64,000 nucleotides of DNA from Octopus bimaculoides (GCF_001194135.2 NC_068983.1:70809458-70873457), one strand, 5' to 3'. Shown: positions 39,065 to 53,915, numbered from the stretch's first letter. Numbers and translations are program-made. The notes: a model not told the origin generated them from the sequence alone.

Positions 39065-39309
39065 TATGCATATAATTCTATGCTCCCATTACAATCATAC
39101 ACACATGCATACATGCATTCACATATATCTACATATATGTATGCGCGCGTGCATATGTGTGTGCGTACACACACATATGTACTTAAGCATTGTGTATATA
39201 TCTAGTAGTTAACCGGTGAAGTACGTTCACTACCTATGGCTACCTAACATCATACATGATATTTATACAATTGTTGCTGGATCTACCTCAAGAAATCCTG
39301 TGTTTTCGT

Positions 39310-39369
<60 letters not shown>

Positions 39370-39589
39370 AAGTAATGGTTGTTATAACCTCAACGTGCTT
39401 GTTCCGAAGAGAACTATGCTACTACTCTTTTTAATCCCAGGGGAACATCTCCTCTAGCTAGTTAACGACATACTGTCTGTGTCTCTAATATTGCAAACAA
39501 ATGAGCGAACAACTCTCACCCAGCATTGACAGGACCAGTAGATCAGCGCTGGTTTCAGAGTTTTACCCTCCCTCAGTACTGGTATACCT

Positions 39590-39740
39590 GTCTGCTACAC
39601 ATGGCAGACGTTCATCCCAGTTCGCAATATATAAATATATCGATGTTACAAAACGCAATGGTAAAACTTCCGAGATCGATATTGATAACTGGGAGGCATT
39701 GGCTGAAAAGCGTGTATGATAGAAAAAGGTTAGCCAAAAA
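39590..39740 (+). mobile_element. RTE (BovB-like) LINE 3' end
   Basis: GRRSS...YKYIDVTKRNGKTSEIDIDNWEALAEKRV matches the RTE C-terminal D..KR......I....WE.LA..R motif. Confidence 0.7.
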
Positions 39741-40099
39741 TACTTGCGATACGCTTCCCCACCCCCACTCCGATGCGGTACGTTTGTAATAAGTTTGGTT
39801 TAATTTGCAAGTCATCGGCCTGAATAGATAGGGTAAAGTACGTGGGGTCACAACGCAGCTAATGGTGCCGGAATAGTTGAAGTGTTTCATGTGTGAACTT
39901 GCTTGCTAGGCTAAAGATCCACCTTAGTACACATGGTCATGCAATTTTCCATGGAAGGATGGCACTCTTCTGACAAACAAGGCGCAATATACACACAGTT
40001 ACACACCCATGCACATATGAGTGTGTGTGTGCGCGCGTGCGCGCGTGCACATCACATATGTATATATATATATATATATTCGCCATGCTAGACCGCTGA

Positions 40100-40255
40100 A
40101 ATCTACAAGTTTTCTTTCTCTCTCTTATTTTGTCATATTCCTCTGTGTTGAAGAGCGCAGGCTCGAAACGTAAAAGACCTTTTCATTTTCCCGAGCGTCA
40201 AACTTGCTTGTTGTTCATACACCTATCCTCGTCTTTAGTTTCTATAAATTTAAAC
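40100..40255 (+). mobile_element. Probable Penelope-like terminal repeat fragment
   Basis: Contains TTGAAGAGCGCAGGCTCGAAACGTA, a decayed minimal hammerhead-like motif typical of PLE termini; stem I is not supported in this copy. Confidence 0.45.
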
Positions 40256-40269
40256 TATATATATATGTG

Positions 40270-40304
<35 letters not shown>

Positions 40305-42452
40305 ATCTATACCGATGTATACACTCACAGGCATACACACACATATGCAAATACACAATGATATGCATTTTTTCTTTAAATCGTCACAAATTGTATTTTC
40401 ATGCGCTGCTCATTCCTTCTCTGTTTTTAATTTCCTCTACATTACTAAAACCTAAAAGTCTATATAGAATTCTGTCTAGAACACTATATATTATGCCCTG
40501 TTTTTTATGGAACAATTTACTTCCCTTATTCATGTAGATGTGGTCCACTCATACTATTTTGTTTGGCATATACCATGTTATACCTACTTTCCTGCTTTTG
40601 TAAACATATCTATCGTACCTACTTCACGATACATTTATCTTTATTCACCACTTCACTTACACGTGTCTCTATGTGTTTGATCGACGAAGTGAGATTAAAA
40701 GTAGAATCTCCCTGTATTATTTATCTATCTTTTTTAGAAAGTTTCTCGAATAATTCTTTTTTGACCAGATGTCATTTTCGGGATTCAATTTCTTCTAAAA
40801 TTATGGTTGTTAATTTTTGTCTTGATGGTTTCCTTATTGTTTCGTCCAGGGACTCTATACATACCTTTCTATTCCATACAGCACCACCTGATTTTATTTT
40901 ATTTGAGGCAAGTACAGTGGATTGTTAGAAGTAGAGTCTTGTTTAGTAGTAATTAGATAATTCCCTTCCAGACTTCTCAGCTCGAGTCCCACATAGGTTG
41001 ACTTCGCTTTCTGTCCCAGAATATGTGGCCGTGTGCCTCTATTAAATCTTGTAATTAGAGAGCAGTGTATTGTGAAATCGGGTAGAACGTCAAACAATAT
41101 GCATTATGCAATTTAGCTGCGTTCTTTACGTTGAGAATTTAAATGCCGCCGCGTTCACGTTTGATATTCATTCTCCAAGGGTCGTAAAACGAGAACCAGT
41201 CAAACACTGAGGTTGTTGATGTAACTGACTGCCTCATTTCCCCTAATACTTTGATGATATTAAATTATAGACAACGCTTTCCCTCATGTTTTGGCTTTCT
41301 TTTATGAAAGAAATAATTATATCCAAAGTTAAATGTAGCTTGCTATTTTTATCATTATACATACAAACAATATCAAGTTGTTGCGTGCTGGCTGACTTGC
41401 CTTATAATGTCATAAGTCACTTCAAGATTAAACTGACTTTAAGGCAGTCGTTGTAAAGACAATTTATGAGTGGTTTTGGTATTTTTACATCATCCCGAGA
41501 ACACTTGCTTGTTTTTAGAATCAATGAGTTCAATAATTCGCTGAAGTACTCAACTACATTAATAGCTTCTTGAAAATATCATAGTCAAATTTAAATTCTG
41601 ACATTTCCAACACGTTTCTTCATTTGTATTTCATCACTGTTATATTTATCATAAACTTACTCGTATTTAAAGAAACCAACAATCTGGTTTCGAACGTGGA
41701 TTCTGCATTTATCTGTTATGCTTTGACATAGTAATAGTCGATATAATGTAATAAGTATTCCCTTGCAAGTCCCTAGCTATCTACGTGGTTCACACGTCTC
41801 TCATCACTATTTGTGCAGGGAAATAATTGGTATGATTCTCATAAATATTCCTTTTCTTCACGTTCCGCCATAGAAGCAGGCAAATCCGATATTATTGAAT
41901 TCCTTGTTGTTCGTAACCATTGCAAATCTTTAAGTAGAGATTAAATACTTTCAGTAATAAGTTTAAACATAAATCCTTTTATCAATTTTTTCGCACTTGT
42001 CTTTAACGCTTTCACACTGATTCTAAAGTGTTCCACACATTTAAAATTACTTTAGCAGATTTTCATCACTTACCACATGACAAGCGGAATTTATATTCTT
42101 TAAATAACTAACACGGATCGCACAAAATGCAGTTACGTAGATTTACATGTCTTATATGCTTTTCTTATACGCTGTAATTTTGTGTTCCCCGACACATATG
42201 TTCAGTGTTAGTTTTAATTGTCAAATGTATACGAGCGGAACCCACGCAAAAATTAAGAAGCAAAAATTTGAAGACCATCCTTGGCTAGCTTGAAAACTTT
42301 GTTTTCCATTTGCCAGGTATTGAAGCTATAATATTCGGACGTGTTTCATTATGTTAAGAATTTCCATAATAACTTCATTTTCGGTCCACAGTTTAGCTTC
42401 GTCACTCGAACACAAAGTAACAAGCGGAATAATATTATCGATAGTTAGATCA

Positions 42453-42885
42453 TAGGCGCAGTCAAAGCTATGTACATGAGGAGCTTGCTTCCTAAACATA
42501 TGCTCTTTGGTTGAGGCTCCCTGTGTGGAACCTTGGGCAAGTTTCTTCTACTATATTCCCTGGTCAACCAAAGCCTTATGAGTGCATTTGATCCATAGAA
42601 ACTGAAAGAAGCTCATCACATATATACGTATGTGTGTGTGTGTGTATGTGTGTGTGTGTGTGTGTGCGTTTGTTTATTTTTTGTGTTTGTCCCCATCATC
42701 AGTTGACGATAGCTGTTGAGATTTGTTTATTCTCCGTAATATAGCGCTTCGGCAAAGTGACCAACAGAATTAATACCAGGGTGTTTTTTAAAATGTCCTA
42801 GGATCGATTTGTTCGACTGATCCCTTAAAGGCAGTACTGAAGCCTAGCCGCACTACAATGACTGGAAGAAGTAAAAGAGAAAAGA
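42453..42885 (+). mobile_element. Diverged full-length SINE family B
   Basis: Head ATAGGCGCAG..., core CCTTGGGCAAGT...GAAACTGAAAGAAG, internal (TG)n and family B tail. Confidence 0.8.
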
Positions 42886-43394
42886 TACATGATTTAGCTT
42901 ATTTGCCATTAATTAATAGTTTATAGGTTAATGACCAATTCCAAAAAATCATTTTATTGAGAATGATACCTTAAAGGCTAGCATGACCAACCAAACTGTT
43001 TCTTATAAGATCCGCTGAGACTTCATTGTTGTTTTCTTTGTACGCATTAATATATTTCTTAAAATGTCTTGGGAATTGTGTAATTTTGTTTCTAAAGAAG
43101 CAGTAAGTAAACATATCTATGACCATGGCATTCACACTCCCTCATCACTATTCATATTGCTATGGTCGATGATCAATTTGAATATCAGAAAGTTGACGTC
43201 ATGACTGAAAATTTTGGATTGGATGGGAATTTCAGAGAGTTAGTTCTCTGAAGAGAAATTGAAAATTGATTTGGAGCCTAGCTGAAAGACACTATGAATG
43301 GTAAGAAGAGGTGTGTTGGACGTGTCAAGTGAGTCTAAATGGAATTCAAAGCAGTAGAGTCCGTTTTGATAGCAATGGGAAAGTTTGAGTGGCT

Positions 43395-43401
43395 GAGAGA
43401 G

Positions 43402-43475
<74 letters not shown>
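43395..43475. repeat. (GA)n microsatellite
   Basis: Seen directly. Confidence 0.95.
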
Positions 43476-43476
<1 letters not shown>

Positions 43477-46421
43477 AAGCAAAAAGATTCAGAGAAAGCA
43501 AAATAATCGGAAGTTGTAGTGTGTGTCTTAGCACACCAAAAGGATTATGGTCTCGCATGTGTTCTGGGATGTTTGCGCCTGTAACTGGAGCACTGTACCA
43601 GCTATAACGGCAATACACAACATATTTTATATGTGTCCAGCATGCTGGGAATCGACTAAATCTCTAACGGGCGAGTTATTTAAATATATATTGATTTTTT
43701 GCGCTTTTGTGTGCCTATTATTGCTCTTTCTCTCTGAACAACTGTTCGAAAATTATCCCTTTTAATATGTTCCTGCTATCATACAGGCACAAAATAAACA
43801 TATTTTTATTGTCTTAATCGGTGGAAGGTCTTCGTAGGTTGCACTTTGCGTGGAATCAGCAGTTGGCAGAAAGAAAGCATGAAGTTATCCCCAAATCAGA
43901 AACCAGGCGTAGATACTTGCAACTGAAGGCTGCTTATTGCCAGTTTTATTTGATGTCTTCATTTAGTTCTATTCTGGATTAAGTGTTGTACTCTGAAACT
44001 AGTTATAACTCTATAGTGCTAGTTGATGTTGATTTGGCTCTCATCCATTCAGTAGTTTAGTAACACTCGTGTGGATACTTCTCCAAAACTGCAAGCACCT
44101 TCTCTCCAGACTTTCAGCGCTACTATATTTAGATGCATTTGTATATATATTTAGATAAATAATCGACATTCTGTTGGTATTATGCGCTATAATTCTAAAA
44201 ACACTCTTCAGACACACTCCATTTGTAACAGTGGTAGACACTGTTCGTTTGTATTACTATGAAAGGTGTACTGAATTTCTGAACTTAGTCCTAATTGTAA
44301 TATTTAATATGCATCGTAATATCATTATTACTATGCTATTCAAAGAATATATAAATTCATCATGCACGAAATAAATCCTGTTTAGAGTTTCTGCACACAC
44401 TTTTTTTTAACAATTGTTTTATTATTCACACATGTTTTATGTTTCCATATCATTGTACTTTCGTAGCTTACCAGCATTTGTCTGCGAAGCATTTCGTTCA
44501 GAATATCAGTGCAATAAATAAATAGATAAATAAATAAAAGAATGAAACATTTACGAATCATTTATTTTTTTTATTCTTTATGTGGGTTTAGTGTATTTGA
44601 TGCAAAAAAGCATAGTAGCATAATTGTAAATCGCCAGACAAAATCCCTTTTCGTATTATAATTTTTTTCTTCGTTTCATGCCGCAAGTACTCTGTCTTTC
44701 ATCCTGCTGAATTCGTTGTATAACTGCCTATTTATATTCGAAGATTGATTCTATGTACTTTATCATCAACTTTCAGTTTATGTGCTTGAGCCAATGAATG
44801 AAATATTTTTTGTATTTTAATGTTCCATGTCTTCGTTACTGACCCCCTTTTTCGAGAGTTCATTGTAAATATCGTCCCCACTGGTGCATTCATTCTCTTA
44901 ATTCCAATATTCTATAAGTATTTATTTTTCACTGAATATTAGATCTCCGATAGGTGACATTATGTATTGGAAATATAGTTCATCATATAAAAATGTAGGT
45001 TTAAGTTTTCATTAATATTCAGATACACTTTTATTTAGCTATATTGTTTCTTCTTGAATTTTAACATAATTATGTTTAGTCAGTATTTTGTTTTTTGATA
45101 GCAGAATCTAAGTTTTAACATTCGGATAACCGTAATATTTTCCAGTTTGCAGTCTTCTTCTATCTTTGCCGTTTTGATTTCAATTTTAGTTGATCAGAGT
45201 GTATTTATATCACTTACAAGATTTATTTCATAGAAATGTTCCTCGATACATTGATGAACTTATTTTCAAATCTTTTTATTCACAGTGGCATTTTAAATTG
45301 ACTGATTACTGTGTATTTCAACTTCTAGTTGTTCGATTGTTTTAGACACTGAACGTATGCAAACAATGAAATCCCAGATGGTCGGTTCTTTAAGTAGCAA
45401 TAAGTTTTCACTGACAATGTCGTAAATCACAATAACAGAAGCTCTGTTGTTATCGTATCAATTCTAATCAGATGGAACATTCCTGCAGCGGTCTTTTACA
45501 GAATAAAACATTTCCTTGAATCTTATTATAACCCCTTCAGTCCTAATAATCCTTCTGCTTAAATTTAAGAAGAATTTTTATTTATCATTTTTATCAGTTT
45601 CCTATGTTAAACATGTTTGTATTGTGCATGTACTGAGGTTGCTTATTTATTAGTTTGCTACTGACGACTTTGTTTTATCAACTTGGAATTAAATTCCCCT
45701 TCATCAATTGCCTTTCTCTTCAAAGGTGTTGCATATTGATGCAGATTTTTCAGAGCAAAATAACTGAATTGTGCATGAAATATTAAGTTCTTTGTGTTAT
45801 CATAATTTTTTTCTTTTATAGATGATATTCAAGGCAAATCTCTATTTACTACTCTAATGCGAATAACAACAGTTGAGATTTACTGTTGTTACTTTTTTTC
45901 CGCCGACATACAAACACCGTTCTTCATATTTTTTAGTTGACTTTTGGTTCTATTGTTGTTTCCTGTGATGATGTTTGTTACTGTCGTCTAGGGAACAATT
46001 TGATATTATTTCGCTCGAATAATGATATGATAGAAGGGGTTTGATAATTGACTTTCACATCAAAATGTGAAGATGTTAAAAATACTGGAAACAGATTATC
46101 AATTGAGTGGGTATAATATTTAGTAAACTTTGAAGAATAATCCTCTCTGACTGAGTGAACGTTTTTTTTTTCTTGTGTTTGCAAATATCTTCGTCATATT
46201 TATTCCTTCCTATTTTTATGAAAGTATCTCTCTGTGTGTATACGGTACAGTACTGCTGTATATGTTCATTTATGTATTTACTGAGGACATGGTATGATAA
46301 ATACATGTTATTGCACATCTATACATGCATATGCACCAACATATATAAACGCACGTATACCTGCACGAGCGTGAACTTGTATGTGTGTACGAAACTAATA
46401 TACACGTTGGAAAATTATAAT

Positions 46422-46635
46422 AATTTTTATTAAAGGCACAAGGCCAGAAATTTTGGGTGAGGAGGCCAATCGAATAGATTGACCCCAGTATGCAACTGGT
46501 ACTTAATTTATCGACCCCGAAAAGATGAAAGGTGAAGTCGACCTCGGCGGAATTTGAAGTCAGAACGTGGCGGCAGACGAAATACCACTAAGCATTTCGC
46601 CTGGCGTGCTAAAGCTTCTGCCAGCTCGCCGCCTT
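46422..46635 (-). mobile_element. Full-length SINE family A with an 18-bp target-site duplication
   Basis: ACGTTGGAAAATTATAAT at 46404-46421 and 46636-46653 flanks the element. Confidence 0.92.
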
Positions 46636-47289
46636 ACGTTGGAAAATTATAATGACTGACAATAATTCAGATTTGCCAACTTTTTAGTCGTCACCCACCC
46701 GATTTTAAAATTTCTTCCTCGAGGAACCAAAAGGGCCTAGCTAATGACGATTTCATTCCCGTCTATGCCATAACTTAAGTCAGATGAATAGCAGTAAGTC
46801 AAAGTATTTGGAATCTTCCAAAAATATTTCATTATCTATTTCTGGGTTACAGTGTGAAGAGTGTAAATGTAATGCTGTAATGTAAGTGGAGCCTGTGGGA
46901 ATTTCATTTTTATATGAAATGTTTAGCTCGTATTTTAATTCAATCATTATTTATTTTGTTTTCAATGAGACAGTAGTTAGAGATACTTAGAAGGGATGGA
47001 ATTTAGTTACATGATGCAGTAGCAGTAAAGAGAGCTGCCTGCAAAATTTAGTGGTAGACCAATTAGGTATTGTATATAGCATTTGAAATATATTTTAGGA
47101 ACAGAAACACAGTATGAATGGCGAGAATGTAAAATGTGGAGGTAACCGGGAAGGTTAGGATGGAAAAGTGTGACCGCTGGTATATTCTAAAGAGGACATT
47201 ACTCTAGTAAAATATAGACAGAATAAAGAATGATGGGTTGTAGATCACTTCCTATAAGGCTACCTTATAAGTGTAGTCCACAATTTTCT

Positions 47290-47636
47290 TCTATACATGA
47301 ATGCTAGTAACTGAAGAATACCAAATAGTTATGATATTTCATAGTGATGATTATAATAGTAACTGAACCTCTAAACGAAATTTGTTCTCTGCGCTGGTAG
47401 GTAAAATTTATGATGGCTTTTGCTAAATTTCCTTCTTTCGTACTTTTGAAATTTGAAATATTGTTTGGTATTTTTAACTCCGTTACCAATTTTCATATCA
47501 ATCTCTTAGTTGTTCTTAGTTGCTATCGTGCTACAATTGGTACACATTCTATAATAACTTCACGAAATCTCCTTCGATTCCCTCTAGTGCTCTTAGTATA
47601 TCATCAGTTTTCACGGAATCAAAAGCTTTTCAAATG
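47290..47636 (-). mobile_element. Decayed LINE RT fragment (RTE-like)
   Basis: KAFDSVKTDDILRALEGIEGDFVKLL*NVY on the minus strand (RT KAFD motif). Confidence 0.6.
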
Positions 47637-47773
47637 ATGATGATGATGATGATGAGGAGGATTATGATGATGATGACAACAACAACAATATAACATCGAA
47701 TATCAGTATCCCTTGAATCCGGTGTTTATGATCTATATCAGCATGTTATAATCCAGAAAGCAATGTATAAGCA

Positions 47774-47822
<49 letters not shown>

Positions 47823-50800
47823 GTGAAAGAAAGGAAGAAGTTTATTTTTTAATGCCTGGATCTGAAGTACCCAGAGATTGAAATGTCTTTTGTAAACTTG
47901 GATTGAAGTGATTACAGGTTGATATGGTTTGATTTTTAGATTTTCGTAATGATAATGATAAGGTTATTTATTCTTATATGTTATTTTGATGCTATGCCAT
48001 CTCTGTTTGTGCTTGCGTTGTTGCTTTTTTCAATTTATCTGTGTTGTCTACATCTACAGCAATACTCATCCCAATTACTTTTATTCTATGAGAAAGATTC
48101 ATAGGAAAGACTGTCGCGCTTATCTTGATAACACACTACAGCTTAAATAATTCTGGAAGATTCTGAAGCTTTTTCATATTCTTCAAATATCTGTTTCTCA
48201 AATAGCTTATTCTTCCTTCACATTTATCCCGCATTTACCGCTTATGATATATGAGTTTTCTTATATTTTAAGATGACATCTTATAGAAATTTAAACAACT
48301 CATATGTTGTTGATGCAACTTGTAATATCACTGGTAATAGTCGAACTGAGGGAGTATTTTTTTCCAAATCTGACAATGAAAAGTTAGCTATAAACCTGAC
48401 AGATAGCTCATAAAAATAACACCGGCATCCCTGATGGTGCATTTCAATCAACTTAATCGTTGTTATAAACCTTGTAATGTTAAATGATTGAAACATGAAT
48501 ACGTAAACTTAAGTGTATTTTCCGACTAAGAAAATTCATAAATCGAAATGGGAAATCACATAGATATGTATAATGTATTATGAAACCGCTAGCCACAATA
48601 TGGTGATAAAGTATTGATCATTTTACCTATCTTGTTAACCAACACATTATGAACTAACATCTGGGTCTCAGGATATTTTTCTAGGAAGTAAAAATTATTC
48701 AAATCACTTATCTGTATTCGAATAAAGTTGCAATTTTCTTCTTATGCCTAATAATATTATTACCTCAAACAAAACAAAACAATGTGATATCCTTTTTTTA
48801 TAAAATGTATTATCAATAACTCCTAGAGTCAAAGATGCGTGCATCCCACTAGATAATTGTCGCGAAGAATCTACAGGAATTTTCTTGAAAATCCCTGTAA
48901 AAAGTGGTTACTATTGTCATCTGCAGACTGGCATCAAATCTACAATAGAAAACATGATTGCATGCAGAACCTCGTGAAATTATCTTCAACCAAGAAATCC
49001 AACGAGACTTCAGGACATAAGATAATATCCCAAAACTTTTATCACTTTTTTCCCCGGAATTTCTGAATTACTGTAAAATATATGGTAAGATTCTGTAAAG
49101 TATGTGGTAAGATTCTGACAATAATTATCATCTGGTATTGCTTTGTGTTTGAAGCCATTTCATTCTTTTTTTCATGTATACTTTACAGGTTAAAGAATAC
49201 CATACAAATTTTATCTAATGTAGCAAAGTAAAAGAATGAATGTAGACATATTTTCTTACCTTACCTGTACCTTTAATAGAGTATAACATCCGTTTCGTTT
49301 TTGTATTAGATCAAATTTTAGCTTCAAATTGTAATTACTACGTGCAAGATGTTATCTTTGTCACTCCTATTTGTAAAAACTCCCTTTTTTCCGCAACAAA
49401 TAAGCGTTTGGTAAAAATGCTTGCCTCAATATCTTTACTGGAATTCTATAGGGCTAACAATAAATAAAAGTTTATTTGAGAATACACTTTTAAAGCATAT
49501 TGTATTTTGTATCAATGGAACACGATAGCATCTCAAGAATCAATACAAATGCTATTACCAATATTTTGACTTTACGAATGAATATTACCACAAGGATTGC
49601 TCTCGACACATCAAACAGAAGTGAACTTTCTAATATTCCGTATGAATGTATTATAGCAAGGTTATCTCCGTCCACAAGTGCGTCGAAAATGTGAGGATGT
49701 GTTTATAACCTGTTAGATCTTGTAAGCGAGTTCAACACAGTAGATCTTAATCGTATATGGATTTTGTATTTTGTGAATTGCAAAATGTACTAAAAAGTTA
49801 ACAAAATATGTCTTCCTGTGGTTTATAGAGGTTTATAGTTTTCCATGTTGAAGTGGATGTCCAGGCAGATGCAGTAGGATCACGTTGTGTCATTAAGGAA
49901 AATAATTTATATGTTTAGTGCTCACAATTATGAAAACAGCTAAAAGTTAATTTGTTCCCTGCATAAAACAGAAATGCGCGGAAGATTGTATGGAGAGGAA
50001 AATTTTCCCTCCATACATCGAAGGCATAACTAAAAAGCTGCTGTTAGTGTTACTGAGATGATCTATGAGTTCAGAGCAACTATGATAGATCAAAGCATTG
50101 ACGAACGGATCATCCAGTCTTTTCTTTTTTTCAAATAGTATATTTAATATTAAATTAGTCACTAGCGTTTTTTTTTCTAGGAAATTTGGCTGCAATTTTC
50201 AGTCGGTGCAATTTTCAGTAAAGGGGATCACCTCTTTAACACGTTGTCGTTGACGATGATGTTGTCATTCTTGTTGCATTGTGGTGTCTGTTGGACTTTT
50301 ATTCCAAGTAGATGTGAAGTTTAGATGGGAGAAATATAATATACAGTCATATGATAAATATTTGAATTCAGTTTCAGAGATATCCGTGGATTGTTTTGGG
50401 TTTTTGTTTTATTATTTGTAAGTGATTGCTATCATGGCAAGTGTGGACAGATTGCAACTACAGGTTTTTATATGATTGGGTTATTAAGAGTATTAATGCT
50501 CACATCAAAATGGGACTGTTTTCTCTGATACGCGTTAAAAACACGACATTTTCAATTTAAAGAAATAAGGAATATATTATTACCATCGTTATGCGTCAAA
50601 TAACATTTGGGAATATTTTTTAGTATTATGTATAAGAAATAACATCTTTGAACATAATCAGTAAAAAAGAAGGCATTTAAAATAAAAATTCTTGGAAATT
50701 TGTGTATTTCGATACATGGATTTGTCCAAATGATTAGAAATATAACTGTAATTCACAGAGTAAGCCAGCAAAGAATACGGTTGCTGGGAAATGATTCGCT

Positions 50801-51949
50801 TGGTAAACATGAAGCTCACATTTACATAGATCTCTTGTATAGATCTGTTTTCCTATAAAACATTGGCTTCAAAATGTGTATTAAAATATAATTCACTTAC
50901 AAATACCTGGGTTTATCCTGTCTAGTTAACTTCGACTTGGTTTTATTAGAAAACTGAAATTCATCATCGTTAGTAGTGATCAGTTAGAATGGAACTGTTA
51001 GAAGCCAAAAATTAAAGAGATGTGATTCCATTGTGACATGTATGTTACGTTTATTTTACATACGTATAAAAACATGCAAAATGACAAATTCTTTTACTAG
51101 AGGCTCTAGCCATAAATTGTTTTAATGGCCATGTTGCTTTTAGTATACCACAAATAGAGAAATCATTTTAGCTAAAACAAGAAAATAAAAACCCAAAAGC
51201 ATAGAATTTTTCTAAATTTGTATACTAATGTAATTCCTCTGGATGGGCTTTCTGAAAAATACTAGATTTCCAAAGTTTGACACACAACCTGTTCTGCTGA
51301 ATCTAAAATTACCAAGTCTTGTTTTGGACACAAGTTTTCTGCCATTGAACAAAAATGTTTCGCTACAACACTAAAGTGGCTGTCCACGAAATATCGTATT
51401 AGGTATATAACGAAGAGTATCATGATGAAAGAAGTGATTAAGGAGTAGGGCTAGATTTTCTTGAAATGTCGTCTTAAATATGTTTCATTTCACTGCCGTT
51501 CTGAGTTTCAAATTCTTTACTATTAAATTGGATTTACCACCAGATTTGGAATACTTAAATCAATCGTCAAATTAAGGAATTCTCTGATTTATAAAATTCT
51601 TCTAGATATCGCAATGCAACTATTTAGACCTTCTCTCACTTGAAGAATTGTGTCAACCATCACTCAGTGAGCAAGATATAAATATTACTTATGCATTTGA
51701 ATGTTCGTATGGAGTTAATTTAAGATTATGGATAGTTTTCGTTAAATATAACATGACAGATGCAACGAAGAGATAAAAGGGAGCCAAACAACGTAGTCTT
51801 AGTATAATGCAAAGAAATATTATTTTTGCTTTAGTCCTTAAAGTTATGAAGCAGATTATAAAATACGGTATCTATTTTTTTTTAATATTTATCAGTGAAA
51901 TCGGAAAAAACTCTGCATACGCACACACCTACCTACCTGCTTACGTGCC

Positions 51950-52092
51950 TACGTACCTACCAACCTACCTACCCACATACATACATACATACATACATAC
52001 ATACATACATACATACATACATACATACATACATGCATACATACATGCATACATGCATACATACATACATACATACATACATGCATACATAC
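51950..52092. repeat. (TACC)/(TACA)n microsatellite
   Basis: Seen directly. Confidence 0.9.
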
Positions 52093-52954
52093 GTATATGA
52101 TCTAACTTATTAAACACAGTTCAACAAATTCATTCACTTTTATGTAGTGGAGACGATTAGACATTAAAATGGATTATAGTTTTTATTATTCATGTTGCTA
52201 TACAATTGCTTTCATACAAAAAGACTCAGATATTCATAGGAGAAAATCGGAATAGTCAAATTTGTACTCGCCGGTAGCTGGGATAAAAACTAAAACAGAC
52301 GTTAGAAGTATATAGATTTTCTCTTAGTAATCATATTGTATTTATGTGTTCGTTCTTGAAGTCATGCTTATTTTAAACAAGACTAAAAAAAAATATAATT
52401 GGGTGCTAATATATGTAATATTAAAAAAACTGACATTCTCTGTATGAATTTCTATATGTGTCTATTTAAAACTCCGTAAATGAATAACATCAACTGGTCA
52501 GACTGTATTTGTATTTACGATGAGGAATCCAAAGAAGGAAGTGAAAGATTGTTGAAATACAAATTTAGTTTTTACTTAACCGTCAATTATACTTTGAATT
52601 ATCAGAAAAGAAATTGTTTAATAGTATTCAATAATAATCTCAGGTTTATAAAAGAGGTGAGTGGAATGTGAATGTGGTAAAAGTGAGGAGAAAGCGAGGA
52701 AGCAGCAAACAGGGGAATCAGTAGAGAAAACGGAATGGAAAGTAAAACAAAATTTAATGTAAAGTGACAAGTGCTGAGGAACCGCAATAAGTAAGTAAAG
52801 ATGGAAAATAAGTGGGGGGGGGGAGGAATAGCTCTGGGAATATCAAACTGTGAGTATGTAAAAACGCAGAGAAAAAAGGAGCAAAATGGTAAAGAAATAT
52901 ATGGAATATACATATATTGGAAAAAGGTGGAGTGGCAAAGGAGGATATCTTTCA

Positions 52955-53325
52955 TAGTTTACTTGTTGCAGTCATTAGATTGCAGCCATGCTGAGGCAAC
53001 ACCTTCAGGAATTTTTAGTCGAATGAATTGACCCCAGGATTTGTTATTGTCGAATCGCTAAGTTACAGGGTTGTAAACACACCAACAGCGGTGGGAGGAC
53101 AAACAGAGACAAAGACGCCAGCGTGGGCACCGGCGCGCGCGCGCACACACACACACATACGACGGGCTTCTTTCAGTTTCCGCGTACCAAATCTACTCAC
53201 AAGGTTTTAGTCAGACCGAGGCTATAGTAGAAGACACTTGCCCAAAGGGCCACGCAGTGGGGTTGAACTCGGAACAATATGATATGGAAGCAAACTTCTT
53301 ACTACACAGTCACGCCTGCACCTAT
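52955..53325 (-). mobile_element. SINE family B
   Basis: Reverse complement of the 53518-53915 copy, with a shortened 3' half. Confidence 0.85.
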
Positions 53326-53517
53326 TTAACTTATATGATCATAACATGGATATTACAAAAATGAATGCAAAAAAACGGTGTAAAGACTGCACAAAAAGAA
53401 GTTATCTGACATAAAACAGGTTCAAGTTCAGGTAAGTGGCTGTAAAGTCAATAAAACGAAAGAGGGACTGTTGTGTTGGAAGGCAGAGAGGATTAAAACA
53501 GAAGGGTTAAAAATTAA

Positions 53518-53915
53518 CGCATGAGTGGCGGTGTGGTAAGTAGCTTGCTCACCAACCACATGGTTCCGCGTTCATTCCCACTGCGTGGAACCTTGGGCAA
53601 CTGTATTCTACTATAGCCTCGGGCCGACCAAAGCCTTGTGAGTAGATTTGGTAGATGGAAACTGAAAGAAGTACGTCGTATATACGTATATATATGTGTA
53701 TGTGTATGTTTGTATGTCTGTGTTTGTCCCCCCAACATCGCTTGACAACCGACGCTGGTGTGTTTACGTCCTCGTCACATTAGCGGTTCGGCAAAAGCGA
53801 CGGATAGAAAAAGTGCTAGGCTTCCAAAGAATAAGTCCTGGAGTCGATTTGCTCGACTAAAGGCGGTGCTACAGCAAATGACTGAAACAAGTAAATGAGT
53901 AAAAGAGTAAAGAGT
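53518..53915 (+). mobile_element. Full-length SINE family B (tRNA-derived head)
   Basis: GTGGCGGTGTGGTAAGTAGCTTGC...GTTCATTCCC A/B-box-like head, core GTGAGTAGATTTGGTAGATGGAAACTGAAAGAAG and tail GACTGAAACAAGTAAA. Confidence 0.9.

Noticed and set aside
40150-40175. TTGAAGAGCGCAGGCTCGAAACGTA as a functional minimal hammerhead
   Set aside because: C3 is mutated, stem II is poor and stem I is unpaired in this copy; kept only as a PLE-terminus hint.
44700-45750. Possible ancient LINE ORF1-like frames on the minus strand
   Set aside because: Too many stops and frameshifts and no diagnostic motif; cannot be supported by eye.
49075-49122. 22-bp imperfect tandem duplication (similar ones near 27850 and 27950)
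   Set aside because: Only two units and no spacer structure; not CRISPR-like and no functional evidence.
43820-50200. Several short open frames with possible splice sites (43830-43980, 49265-49340, 49500-49694, 49970-50150)
   Set aside because: Frames are open on conflicting strands, splice signals are weak and no protein was recognisable; expected by chance.
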